IMG/VR virus record: IMGVR_UViG_3300043446_003513
Span: 32,001-96,000 of that record
Length of the DNA: 64,000 nt
DNA from: a virus
Reading direction: 5' to 3' (one strand)
The number at the start of each line of letters is the position of its first letter. Positions within the stretch are counted from its first letter, which is position 1. Position numbers and translations under genes: made by a program. The notes under the pieces were generated by a model, which saw only the letters and a program-made list of their open reading frames with translations, was not told where the DNA came from and did not search any database. This document shows, piece after piece, positions 1 through 8,890 of the stretch.

Positions 1-55
1 GCTCTGGTAGCCTTTTATCATCAAGAATTAGAACTAGAGAAAGAAGGTAAGTAAT

Positions 56-208
56 ATGTTTGATATAGAGAACGATAGCGACTACTGGAGTAGTCAATTA
101 CCCGCCTCCGTTTATCGCAACGGATACCTTAGCGAAAAGCGCAAGAAAGAAATACGCGAAGCAGTTGCTCGCGTACAAGGTAGAACACTAGAGAACGGAA
201 ATAAATAA
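56..208 (+). CDS. small hypothetical early protein (50 aa, not in ORF track)
   Basis: ATG at 56 after AGAAAGAAGGT RBS; MFDIENDSDYWSSQ...; stop abuts next gene. Confidence 0.6.
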   Translation: MFDIENDSDYWSSQLPASVYRNGYLSEKRKKEIREAVARVQGRTLENGNK

Positions 209-209
209 T

Positions 210-416
210 ATGGCTAAATTATATTCAGTAGAAAGTTTGCTAATTGGCAAACGATACGATTCCGCTAGCCTCAATGGTGTAATCGTAAATGCTACCGAAA
301 CCGATAAAGTTTGGTTTGGTAGTGGATTAGATTCTTATCTCGTAGAGATTAGAGAGGATGGTAGTTTCATCAACACCTTCCGCTATGTTGCCGTAAAGAA
401 TGGAGAGCTAGTATGA
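210..416 (+). CDS. hypothetical protein, paralog of 1320..1517
   Basis: MAKLYSVESLLIGKRYDSASLNGVI vs MANLYTVEELLVGKRYNSASLAGVI. Confidence 0.8.
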   Translation: MAKLYSVESLLIGKRYDSASLNGVIVNATETDKVWFGSGLDSYLVEIREDGSFINTFRYVAVKNGELV

Positions 417-577
417 AAATAACCTACACACTTTGGATGGGCTCTAGAATTATAGGTAACGGATTAGTTGCCTATAAAGTAGAGGAAATAAACGAGATGA
501 TAGATGAACTAAAGAAACTAGATAACCTAATCGAGCCACACGCAACAATTCTAAAAGTAGAGAACGGAGATAACTAA
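413..577 (+). CDS. small hypothetical protein (54 aa)
   Basis: ATGA overlap with previous gene; open frame MKITYTLW... Confidence 0.6.
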   Translation: MKITYTLWMGSRIIGNGLVAYKVEEINEMIDELKKLDNLIEPHATILKVENGDN

Positions 578-578
578 A

Positions 579-758
579 GTGTATTCATTCGACACCATCA
601 ACGATTCAGAATATAAATATGAGAGCATTCAGGATTATTATCCGCTAGAGGAATTGGTAGAGGAATCAGACCCTATAGACCCTATCGAATACTACCTTTC
701 CGACATAGAGCAAGAGCAACGCGATTGGGAAGAAGACGACGGGTGGATGTTCTTATGA
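579..758 (+). CDS. very acidic small protein (59 aa)
   Basis: GTG start after AACGGAGA; 20 D/E vs 2 K/R. Confidence 0.6.
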   Translation: MYSFDTINDSEYKYESIQDYYPLEELVEESDPIDPIEYYLSDIEQEQRDWEEDDGWMFL

Positions 759-1039
759 GAGCCCTAGTATTCCTAACCCTTGCCTCGTGGGTGTATCTGA
801 ACTACCTATGGCTAAAGGCAAGGGCTAAGGGCTAAGGGCGGGCCGAGATCGGGTTACGGCACAATAATAAAAAATCCCAGAAAGGAAAATGAAATGAAAA
901 TAGATCAATACGGAGTAATGCTAGACTTTGGCGATACGCTATATATCTCGTCATCGTGGTTAGGGGTTCTTAGCCTAGCTGTTGTGTATGGCGTGTATAG
1001 AGTAGTAAAATACTACTACCTCTAAAAAAGGGGAAAATA

Positions 1040-1067
1040 TTCGTGTAACGCGTTCGGGCGTGTCGCC
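1040..1067 (+). repeat. 28-bp exact direct repeat, copy 1 (copy 2 at 2257-2284)
   Basis: TTCGTGTAACGCGTTCGGGCGTGTCGCC at both sites. Confidence 0.95.
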
Positions 1068-1257
1068 TGAACGCAAAACGGACAAATGGCCCACTCTTTT
1101 GAGGGGGCTTTTGTCCTATTATGTCCGATATTCAAAAATCCCTGAAAGTTTGACCATTTTACGGGCGTGTCGATTTGACAGACAAAACGGACATATAGGA
1201 TGTGACGCACACCACAAAAATATTTTTCAAGATGTCCGATTTGATAGCATTTCTAAT

Positions 1258-1286
1258 TTGATAATGTCGGTGGGTTCGTGTATCGT
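1258..1286 (+). promoter_or_regulatory. early promoter with TGTCGGTGG spacer motif (first of 12 copies)
   Basis: TTGATA-17-TATCGT; TGTC begins 16 nt before the -10 hexamer, as in all copies. Confidence 0.65.
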
Positions 1287-1319
1287 AGTACCTATCAACC
1301 TAGAGAAAGAAGGTTCATC

Positions 1320-1517
1320 ATGGCAAACCTCTACACAGTAGAAGAATTGCTAGTTGGCAAGCGTTACAATTCTGCCAGCCTCGCTGGTGTTATCATCAGC
1401 GCAACAAAGACCGATAAGGTCTATTATCAAAACGCCGAAACCTATTTGGTAGAGGTGCGAGAAGATGGCGGATTTATTCGCCACCCTTATCGCTATGTAG
1501 CAGTTAGGGGGGAATAA
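1320..1517 (+). CDS. hypothetical protein, paralog of 210..416
   Basis: start refined to ATG 1320 after AGAAAGAAGGT; alignment to 210..416. Confidence 0.8.
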   Translation: MANLYTVEELLVGKRYNSASLAGVIISATKTDKVYYQNAETYLVEVREDGGFIRHPYRYVAVRGE

Positions 1518-1639
1518 CATGGCAGATATGTTTATTTTCCGCATGGATTCAGAGGGAGCGGGCTGGGCTAATTTCTCAGACGCTACCCCTGAGGAAATCC
1601 TAAATTTGGAAATCGGTCTATATAATGAAATGGGGAAAA

Positions 1640-1807
1640 ATGCTAACTAGAAAACACTTTCAGGCAACGGCAGAAATTCTAAATACCCACCGCAAATTTA
1701 TACACCCCGCCGCTTATCAAAGTCTAATCAAAGAATTTGCCAAAGTTTATTCGGAGGAAAATCCCTCGTTTGATCCCGTCAAATTTGCCAAGGTAGTTTA
1801 TAAATAA
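1640..1807 (+). CDS. hypothetical protein (MLTRKHF...NPSFDPVKF)
   Basis: start refined; similar to C-terminal half of 21289..21738. Confidence 0.7.
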   Translation: MLTRKHFQATAEILNTHRKFIHPAAYQSLIKEFAKVYSEENPSFDPVKFAKVVYK

Positions 1808-1855
1808 ATGTCGGTGGCTTCCGCTATAATCTAACCAGTAACGAAAGGAAACGAA

Positions 1856-2053
1856 ATGAATAAATACAAAGTGTTCTTAGAAACTTATGTTGAGGCAGAG
1901 GATTATCTCAAAGCCGCTTTCGCGGCGTTTCATAAGTTAGACCCATTGGGTGATGTTCAGTTTCAGTTTGAGATTGTAGATGTTCATCACTTTACCAGCG
2001 AAGGCTGGAAATCCCCCACGGGAATTGTTGAGATGTTAGAGAGGTATCGCTAA
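1856..2053 (+). CDS. hypothetical protein
   Basis: promoter -10 TATAAT at 1825 and RBS AACGAAAGGAA at 1840. Confidence 0.75.
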   Translation: MNKYKVFLETYVEAEDYLKAAFAAFHKLDPLGDVQFQFEIVDVHHFTSEGWKSPTGIVEMLERYR

Positions 2054-2256
2054 AATGTTTTTTGTAATCGTATTTGGTTTGGGTGTATTGACTACACTTC
2101 TCGGAACAGCTCTCGCATTATTGTTTTTTGATTTGGAGGACTAATGAAAAAATGTAGTTTGTGTCGCAAATATCGAATTCTAAAAAATGCGTATTTGTGT
2201 GCGGAGTGTAATCAGCTTATTCGCGGCGACCTCAAGTAGTAAAAAAGCCGAATATT

Positions 2257-2284
2257 TTCGTGTAACGCGTTCGGGCGTGTCGCC
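2257..2284 (+). repeat. 28-bp exact direct repeat, copy 2
   Basis: identical to 1040-1067. Confidence 0.95.
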
Positions 2285-2336
2285 CAGTATTTTGCGGCCT
2301 CTTAGATCTTGTTACGACACGAAAAAATATTTCCCC
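2283..2336 (+). repeat. representative copy of the fixed-spacing intergenic element CCCA-N9-GG-N14-TTACG-N17-CC (14 copies in 1-12.2 kb)
   Basis: TTACG core at 854, 1119 (TTATG), 2312, 2522, 2820, 3600, 4566, 5597, 6833, 9069, 10465, 11137, 11991, 12124 with conserved offsets. Confidence 0.85.
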
Positions 2337-2608
2337 AAAACTTGATTATTGTCGGTGCGTTGTGCTATTGTTTTCCTATCAACAAAAGGAGCTCATATGC
2401 GTAACTGCGTTTATTGTAAAAAAGAAACCACCCTCTTTACCACCGACGACGGTGAGTACTACTACCCCGTATGTAACGAGTGTGGATAGGAGCCCACGTT
2501 TTTGCGGCCCCCAAGATCTGCTTACGGCGCAACACGCCGATTTCCTGAAATTTGGATAATGTCGGTGCGGTGTGCTATTATCTGCTTATCAACTACGAAA
2601 GGAAAAAA

Positions 2609-2779
2609 ATGGATAATCTCTTCGATTCCTACGACGGCTCTGACGAGGCTTGGGCTGACCCAGCTGAGCAGGAGGATTGGGTCGATACCGACCTTTTCTA
2701 CGAGAGCGTTTCTGATTCGGACGCCCTCATCTCTATCGGTTGGGGCACCGATGAGGACTACGGGTACTACGGGGAGTAA
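2609..2779 (+). CDS. very acidic small protein (56 aa, ...GWGTDEDYG)
   Basis: start refined after ACGAAAGGAA; 18 D/E, no K/R. Confidence 0.75.
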   Translation: MDNLFDSYDGSDEAWADPAEQEDWVDTDLFYESVSDSDALISIGWGTDEDYGYYGE

Positions 2780-2931
2780 TCCCCGCTAGGCCCACGTTTT
2801 TGGCGGCATTTTTTCTCTGTTACGGAGATCACAAAAAAATTCCTGGATTCTGTCCAGAAACGCCCAATTTTAGATTAGGTTATGTCGGTTAGCGATGATA
2901 CAATATACGCACCAACAACGAAAGGTAAAAA

Positions 2932-3225
2932 ATGGAACAACCGCTTATCAGCAAAATGCTTGACCACGCTATTGAGGCTATTCACTCTGATGATGTTACA
3001 GAATCTGCTCGTCGTATTATCAATACAGAATACGCAAATGTTGATGATAAGATTCGTGACCTCTTTGCTTACTCGCAAGAACTCTGCTCAATGTTCATCA
3101 CCAAATATCTTTGTGCTAACTACACCGATGAGCAAATCGAGCAACTACAAAATGATGTTGAGGAATATATGGGCTATCAACTCAGCGATGAAATTGAGCA
3201 ATTCCTACTTGCTGGGGGTGAGTAA
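2932..3225 (+). CDS. hypothetical acidic protein
   Basis: RBS AACGAAAGG at 2917, promoter upstream. Confidence 0.75.
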   Translation: MEQPLISKMLDHAIEAIHSDDVTESARRIINTEYANVDDKIRDLFAYSQELCSMFITKYLCANYTDEQIEQLQNDVEEYMGYQLSDEIEQFLLAGGE

Positions 3226-3226
3226 T

Positions 3227-3439
3227 ATGGAGAATAAGTTTATTCACGAAACAACAGTTGTGTTTCAGCACGAAATCTCTCTTGATGAATTTTCAGAAAT
3301 TCTACAATATGGTGAGGAGCATATCAAATCAATGCTCGACACTATGGTGTATGAAATTTTCAAGTTGCGAGAAACTGAAGCCGAAGTAAACGAACACGGA
3401 ACCAAGGCGTTTTGTAGAATCAAGGAGGTGTCTCGATGA
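3227..3439 (+). CDS. hypothetical protein
   Basis: start refined (MENKFIHE) after GGGGGTGAG; 3' part of track ORF 2882..3439. Confidence 0.7.
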   Translation: MENKFIHETTVVFQHEISLDEFSEILQYGEEHIKSMLDTMVYEIFKLRETEAEVNEHGTKAFCRIKEVSR

Positions 3440-3665
3440 GCTTAGAAACACTACAGTATCTTTGCGAAGTTTTCGATTGGTCAACTGATGTAGATAATGA
3501 AGGTCAACTAATTATTTACACGGGAATCTATAACTCGTAATGTTGGGAAGCCGCCCTTCGGGGCGGTGATCCCACTCTTTTGCGGGGTTTTTGATCGTGT
3601 TACGTAGTTATAGAAAATGTCCCTGCCATGTGGTAGAATAATCCCACCAAGAACGAAAGGCAACA

Positions 3666-4382
3666 ATGAAACTCAAACGCTCTAACGATAGGAAGGTCGC
3701 TAATGCGGTATCGAAAAACGGAAAAACACCCGCTATTGCTAATACTTTTGGGCTACCTGCTGGGAAGAATTTCTCATGTCCTGGCGCTACTAGCGTATGC
3801 GAAAGTGTCTGCTACGCAGGAAAGCTTGAAAAACTCTACAAAGGAGTAAAAAATAATCTTCTCCATAACTGGGAATTACTAAAAGACGCTGATTTTGATA
3901 GCATGCTCTTATTGCTTGACGATATGATTGTAGATTTCATTGATGATTGCACTAAGCGTAATGCGCCTAAATTATTCCGCATTCATTGGGATGGCGATTT
4001 CTTCTCCGATACTTATGCGTACGCATGGCGTGTAATTATTACTAATCACCCAGATGTTCAATTCTGGGTATACACTCGTGTAAAGTCTGCCGCCGAGATT
4101 CTTCAAGGCATTGAAAACTTATCTCTTTATTATTCTACCGATTCAGAAAATAAAGATATCGCTCAAGAATTATCTAATAAGGGCGTAAAGCTTGCATACC
4201 TTGCTACAACTTTTGCAATGGCAAAGGAAGACATGCTAAACCTTATCGGAAAGTCTGGTGTAAAGTGTCCTGAGAATAATAAAAAGATTCCGCTAATATC
4301 AGTCAACGGGTCTGCGTGTGTTACTTGCGGGCAATGCGTATATGAGCGTAACGATATTCTATTCTCCGCAACTAAAAAATAA
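3666..4382 (+). CDS. gp88-like Fe-S/radical-SAM-like phage protein
   Basis: CPGATSVCESVCYA and RIHWDGDF motifs, C-terminal C...CxxCxxC. Confidence 0.75.
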   Translation: MKLKRSNDRKVANAVSKNGKTPAIANTFGLPAGKNFSCPGATSVCESVCYAGKLEKLYKGVKNNLLHNWELLKDADFDSMLLLLDDMIVDFIDDCTKRNAPKLFRIHWDGDFFSDTYAYAWRVIITNHPDVQFWVYTRVKSAAEILQGIENLSLYYSTDSENKDIAQELSNKGVKLAYLATTFAMAKEDMLNLIGKSGVKCPENNKKIPLISVNGSACVTCGQCVYERNDILFSATKK

Positions 4383-4671
4383 GGAAGGAAAAATAAATGG
4401 ATCAAGATGTAAAAGATTGGGAAGATCGTATAGAGCTCTCTCATATTGAACAATTAGAAAAGTTTGGCTGGTGTGTTTGCGAAGATACAAATGGAGAAGG
4501 CCAAATGGCAGAGGATTGCCCTCCTAATTAGGAGGGCCCACTATTTTGGGGGGTCTTGTCAAGTGTTACGGACATCACATTTATTTTCCTGGATTGCCTT
4601 TACAAATGTCGGTGGGGTCGAGTATAATATACCCATAACTTCATACAACTACTATCGAAAGGAAATGCCAC

Positions 4672-5091
4672 ATGGCAAGAGGTAAAGCAATAAATGTAAA
4701 GATTGCCACAGCAAAGGTAATCAAAGCACTAGAAACAAAGTTAGCACAAATCAAAAAAGACAAGGCTAACCAAAAATCTAACGAGGAAAAGTATAAGAAG
4801 GAAGTTGAGAAGTGGGGCAAAGAACTTGCCAAACTTGCGCTTACTAAAATTAGTAAGGCAGAAAATCTTTCTGCCACTACGCGATATAACAATGATGTTT
4901 ATATCAACTTTACTTTACCTGCTGGAACCATCACAGTACCTGATGAGCCCGAAAGAAATTTCGAGGTAATTTATGACCACAACTATCGTGAGATGGTAGA
5001 GGAAATTGAGAACGCAATTCGTATTCTCAAAATGACCGACGAGGAAACAGTAAGCACCTCAACTTACAACTCTATCGCTAAATATCTCTAA
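4672..5091 (+). CDS. hypothetical protein (coiled-coil N-terminus)
   Basis: TTTACA-18-TATAAT promoter, CGAAAGGAA RBS. Confidence 0.8.
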   Translation: MARGKAINVKIATAKVIKALETKLAQIKKDKANQKSNEEKYKKEVEKWGKELAKLALTKISKAENLSATTRYNNDVYINFTLPAGTITVPDEPERNFEVIYDHNYREMVEEIENAIRILKMTDEETVSTSTYNSIAKYL

Positions 5092-5097
5092 CTAGAA

Positions 5098-5126
5098 TTG
5101 GGGAGGGACACGGACACCCTCCCCAA
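5098..5126 (+). other. GC-rich hairpin after CDS (terminator-like, no U tract)
   Basis: TTGGGGAGGG...CCCTCCCCAA. Confidence 0.6.
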
Positions 5127-5179
5127 ATATCCGCTAGGCGGTTTGGTGCTGAGCAACACCTAAGGTAAAAATGGCTACC

Positions 5180-5277
5180 TCACCTGAGTATGTGAAGGCT
5201 AAACTACTCACCAAGTGTATCTCCCAGTGCCATGGCGAGGGAGGCAGTTCCTGAGCATGAACTGAAACTGCTCACCA
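5180..5277 (+). ncRNA. two tandem H-type pseudoknot motifs (5180-5210, 5245-5274), each ending in ACCA
   Basis: TCAC/GTGA plus TGAGTA/TACTCA; CAGTTC/GAACTG plus TGAGCA/TGCTCA; both stems covary. Confidence 0.65.
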
Positions 5278-5296
5278 CTACTAACAAAGGAAAGAA

Positions 5297-5557
5297 ATGG
5301 CAAACCGATATCGAGTAGAGATATTCGACGAAATGAAGTCAAACGATTTGACGATTTACTCAGATACAAATGTTGATAAGGATTTACTAACTGAAATGGT
5401 ATTTAGTAATATCAGCAAGTTTGAGGGAAATATCAGCGCATTCGTTTATGATAATGAAAAAAAGAAAAAGACAACTGTTCTAATCCTTCCTTGGGAAACT
5501 GTAAGAAACATCAACTCCAAAATTCGTTGGGGATATGAGGCGCTGGGTCTCTCCTGA
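5297..5557 (+). CDS. hypothetical protein
   Basis: RBS AAAGGAAAG, ORF track. Confidence 0.75.
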   Translation: MANRYRVEIFDEMKSNDLTIYSDTNVDKDLLTEMVFSNISKFEGNISAFVYDNEKKKKTTVLILPWETVRNINSKIRWGYEALGLS

Positions 5558-5685
5558 GATCCAGTTGCCCACGTTTTTGTGGCCACATTTTATCTGTTAC
5601 GTACGCGATCAACATTCCCCAAAATAAGCTTTACAATGTCGTACCCTGCTGATATAATTCAACTAATCTAATCGAAAGGAAACCA

Positions 5686-6693
5686 ATGGCTCATAATCTC
5701 GAAGTCGAGAATGGCGAAGTTGCTTTTGCGCTACGCGGAACCCCCGCTTGGCACAATCTCGCCAATCGTATTTTCTCACAAGATGAGGAAGTATCTACAC
5801 AAACAATGCTATCAGAAGCGAAACTATCTAATTGGGATGTTCGCCTATCTCCAGTAACCGACCACATTCCTAGCGAATGGAATGATGTTAGCGGGGCACA
5901 ATATGTTCTTCGTACTAACCCATTCAATCAAGGAACTGATGTTCTATCCGTAGTTGGTTCTCGCTATCAAGTAATTCAGAATGAAGATTTATTTTCGTTT
6001 GCTGATAATGTTCTTGACGGGGATTCCCGTTGCGCTTGGGAATCTGCTGGTTCTCTAAAGAATGGTAAAGTTGTATTCGGCTCTCTTACTGTTCCCCGCG
6101 AAATGGTGTTAGACCCACAAGGTGCTAACGATACAACTAAACTGTATCTTATCGTTTGGACTTCACACGATGGTTCTGTTGCGGTTCAGGCAGCAATTAC
6201 TCCTGTTCGTGTTGTATGCCAAAATACTCTCAATCTTGCTATGCGTAACGCTAAACAATCATTCAAGATTCGCCACACGCAGACCGCTGACGGCAAGATT
6301 CAAGTTGCCCGCGAAACCCTCGGACTTACATTCGGATATTTTGATGAGTTTGAGAAACAAGCGCAGGAACTATTCAAGCAAGAGATTTCCGACAAGGATT
6401 TTTCTAAACTGCTAACCACTATCTATCCTAAGCCAGAGGCTGACGCTAAAAATGCTCTCAAGCGTTGGGAAAATAAAGTCGTATTGCTTGATGACCTTTA
6501 TTTCAATTCACCTACCAATGCTAACATCAAGGGCACAAAGTGGGGAGCGTTCAATGCGCTAACTGAACGCCTTGATTATTTCCGTTCAACTCGTAAGAGC
6601 AATACGGAATCTAAATGGGCTTCCGCTTCAGGGTTTGACCCAATCATTACTGCCGAAAAGAATAAGATTCTTCAGGTTGTAAAAGCGTTCTAG
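5686..6693 (+). CDS. DUF932 / phage-plasmid-like protein (TIGR03299-type)
   Basis: MAHNLE...PAWH, ESAGSLKNG, TSHDGS, TPVRVVCQNTL, IRHT, GTKWGAFNALTE motifs. Confidence 0.85.
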   Translation: MAHNLEVENGEVAFALRGTPAWHNLANRIFSQDEEVSTQTMLSEAKLSNWDVRLSPVTDHIPSEWNDVSGAQYVLRTNPFNQGTDVLSVVGSRYQVIQNEDLFSFADNVLDGDSRCAWESAGSLKNGKVVFGSLTVPREMVLDPQGANDTTKLYLIVWTSHDGSVAVQAAITPVRVVCQNTLNLAMRNAKQSFKIRHTQTADGKIQVARETLGLTFGYFDEFEKQAQELFKQEISDKDFSKLLTTIYPKPEADAKNALKRWENKVVLLDDLYFNSPTNANIKGTKWGAFNALTERLDYFRSTRKSNTESKWASASGFDPIITAEKNKILQVVKAF

Positions 6694-6699
6694 TACGCA

Positions 6700-6726
6700 A
6701 CTCCTGGGTATGAGTATAAACTGCCT
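6700..6726 (+). ncRNA. third pseudoknot motif copy, 4 nt upstream of tRNA-Asp
   Basis: ACTC-CTGGGTA-T-GAGT-ATAAAC-TGCCT. Confidence 0.6.
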
Positions 6727-6730
6727 TCCT

Positions 6731-6803
6731 GGCCCATTAGCTTAGCGGTTAAAGCGCTACCCTGTCACGGTAGAGATCGTCGGTTCAAATCCGATATGGG
6801 TCG
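6731..6803 (+). tRNA. tRNA-Asp (GTC)
   Basis: cloverleaf GGCCCAT/ATGGGTC, anticodon arm CTACC-CTGTCAC-GGTAG, T-loop TTCAAAT; no encoded CCA. Confidence 0.92.
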
Positions 6804-6920
6804 CCCCCAAAATCATGGGTGCAAAAATGCTTTTACGCAACCCAAAAATATTTTCCCGAAATGCTTGATATTGTCAGTGGCCTCGTGTATACTTCTGCCA
6901 ACAGAACGAAAGGAATAAAT

Positions 6921-7382
6921 ATGGACGAGTTTGTAGAGTTATCATATGATGAGTGGGTAGATACTTATAGGCCTATCAAAAATCATATTGACCCAAATGC
7001 TTCTATGGACGGCTATATGTTTGAGACGTATGATTCAGAGAAAGACTTTGTAAAGCAATCTTTCCCCGAATATATTTGGACTTATGGCGATGGTGATGAC
7101 GGCGGTATGTATATTTGGAATGGTTATGGAATTGTAAATCGCATTGGTTATTTTGTAACTGAGATTCCTTGCCCGCCAAAAACTACTATTCAGGTATTGG
7201 TATCTCATAACTGGTATTACTGCGAGAGCTGCGGTTCAGAAACAGAAGACCCAGATAATCTAATTAGAGATTCATTTCAGGATATTGACTTAGATAAGTG
7301 TCCTAACTGTGCTACCGCTGAGGAGCTAACAACCGCTGGCTTTACTCAAATAAGAGAAGGGCTCTGGAGCGTGGGTCAGTAA
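6921..7382 (+). CDS. hypothetical protein with C-terminal zinc ribbon
   Basis: start refined after AACGAAAGGAA; CESC...CPNC. Confidence 0.75.
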   Translation: MDEFVELSYDEWVDTYRPIKNHIDPNASMDGYMFETYDSEKDFVKQSFPEYIWTYGDGDDGGMYIWNGYGIVNRIGYFVTEIPCPPKTTIQVLVSHNWYYCESCGSETEDPDNLIRDSFQDIDLDKCPNCATAEELTTAGFTQIREGLWSVGQ

Positions 7383-7460
7383 TGACCCACAGGATCGTGG
7401 CGAGACTTGTGCTTGTCAGTGGCAACTGCTATACTACACCCAATCAACGAAAGGAAGGCA

Positions 7461-7883
7461 ATGTACCAAGACAATAACCCAATTGTCGATAAACCGATAC
7501 CGACATTGGAAGAGCAATACAAGCAAGAAATGGAATTAAGATATGGTAGCGAAATTACTATATTAAACAATAAGTTACACGACCGTAATCAACGCATATC
7601 TGATTTCAACACTAACATCAACGCTGTTCGTGATTATCTAGTTGAGAATTATGATGAACTAGAAGGTCACGCTGATTCTATCGCCGACCTTCTTGGCGTA
7701 GATTTAACTAAAACAACTACTTTCACAGTTGTCGCAACTTACACAGTTGAAATTACTCACGACATTAATCATTTGCCAACTGACTTTGATTTCGCAATTG
7801 GTTGGTCTAATGGACTTGAATACAATGGTGAAGGCGACATTGAAATTATTGATTCAGACATAACTGAGATTCACGAGGTATAA
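7461..7883 (+). CDS. hypothetical protein
   Basis: start refined after AACGAAAGGAAG. Confidence 0.75.
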   Translation: MYQDNNPIVDKPIPTLEEQYKQEMELRYGSEITILNNKLHDRNQRISDFNTNINAVRDYLVENYDELEGHADSIADLLGVDLTKTTTFTVVATYTVEITHDINHLPTDFDFAIGWSNGLEYNGEGDIEIIDSDITEIHEV

Positions 7884-8113
7884 TGTTCTATCGACTTAAG
7901 GCAAAGAATAAGGTCTCATTTAATGGGGCCTTATTCACCGCAGACATAAATGGACTTGACCCTGATAACTTTAACCCAAAAGAATATATATTTGAAATTG
8001 GAACGGGAAAGGTGGAAAAAGTTTCACGCTTGATTTCTCAATACAATTTAGATATACTTGTCGAATCGGACTACGCACCAAATCAATATGCGTATCTAGT
8101 GGAAGGGGTATAA
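7883..8113 (+). CDS. hypothetical protein
   Basis: TAATG coupling, GAGGT RBS. Confidence 0.7.
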   Translation: MFYRLKAKNKVSFNGALFTADINGLDPDNFNPKEYIFEIGTGKVEKVSRLISQYNLDILVESDYAPNQYAYLVEGV

Positions 8114-8262
8114 TGTCTGACAGTTATCAAGAAGGATACGCAGACGGCTATAAGTTTGCTCGTGATGAAATCATTGAGAAACTAAGAGAAATAGATATTG
8201 ACGATATCGATGGCTGGCTATTAGATAAGTTATCTGACATGATTGAGAGAAACGACATATGA
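8113..8262 (+). CDS. small hypothetical protein (49 aa, not in track)
   Basis: TAATG coupling; MSDSYQEGYADG... Confidence 0.65.
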   Translation: MSDSYQEGYADGYKFARDEIIEKLREIDIDDIDGWLLDKLSDMIERNDI

Positions 8263-8453
8263 CAGAAGAATGGATCGGCTGCGATAAATGTTCAGTAGCA
8301 CAGGCTAGGTATTTATTGAGAGGTGTTGAAGGGGATTTATATTTCTGCCACCACCACTATAACAGTTTCAAGGGTGGCCTAGACAAATGGTCCTTTGAAA
8401 TGATAGAATTGAACAAGAAGGAAGAAACACCACAACTAGAAAAGGCGGAATAA
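8259..8453 (+). CDS. small Cys/His zinc-binding protein
   Basis: CDKC...FCHHH. Confidence 0.7.
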   Translation: MTEEWIGCDKCSVAQARYLLRGVEGDLYFCHHHYNSFKGGLDKWSFEMIELNKKEETPQLEKAE

Positions 8454-8454
8454 T

Positions 8455-8859
8455 ATGGGAGACAGAGCAAACTTTGGATTTGTGCAGCCTAACGGTCACA
8501 CAATTGTATTGTATGGGCACTGGGCTGGTGAGAATATGCTAGCTAATTTAGCAGATGCAGTTAATGCAGCTCGTCCTCGTTGGGGCGATTCATCATATGC
8601 GACACGTATTGCAATTAGTCAATTAATTGGCAATGAATGGAACGGTGAGCTTGGCTGGGGTTTGGCCGTAGATGAGATTCTAGACAATGAGCACCACATT
8701 GCAATTGTTGATTTTGAACAGCAAATATTTTCTCTTCATCCTGAGGATGAGCACGTCAACAAGGATAACAAGGTTAGGGGAATGCGTAATGAACCTAAAT
8801 TCACCATGGACCTAGATTCATTTGTGAATAAATATGGAGACGTTGTAGTTGGCGTTTGA
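8455..8859 (+). CDS. hypothetical protein (MGDRAN...LYGHWAG)
   Basis: ORF track, AAGGCGGA RBS. Confidence 0.75.
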   Translation: MGDRANFGFVQPNGHTIVLYGHWAGENMLANLADAVNAARPRWGDSSYATRIAISQLIGNEWNGELGWGLAVDEILDNEHHIAIVDFEQQIFSLHPEDEHVNKDNKVRGMRNEPKFTMDLDSFVNKYGDVVVGV

Positions 8860-8885
8860 CATATTAGCCGAAGTTATTCTATAAT
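8856..8885 (+). promoter_or_regulatory. consensus sigma-A promoter driving a non-coding unit
   Basis: TTGACA (8856)-18-TATAAT (8880). Confidence 0.75.
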
Positions 8886-8890
8886 ATGAA

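Noticed and set aside
1022-1341. Track ORFs 1022..1210 (-) and 1060..1341 (+), and similarly 2362..2559, 2502..2789 and 4464..4685
   Set aside because: They run across regulatory repeats and promoters and lack a suitable RBS; better-supported genes lie in other frames.
2882-3439. Long upstream starts given by the ORF track (2882, 6819, 7407, 9342 and others)
   Set aside because: The extensions overlap promoters or other genes; downstream starts with a clear RBS were used.
5245-5274. CTGA...GAAAC as a hammerhead ribozyme
   Set aside because: The core reads CUGAGCA rather than CUGANGA and there is no three-stem junction; the pairing fits a pseudoknot.
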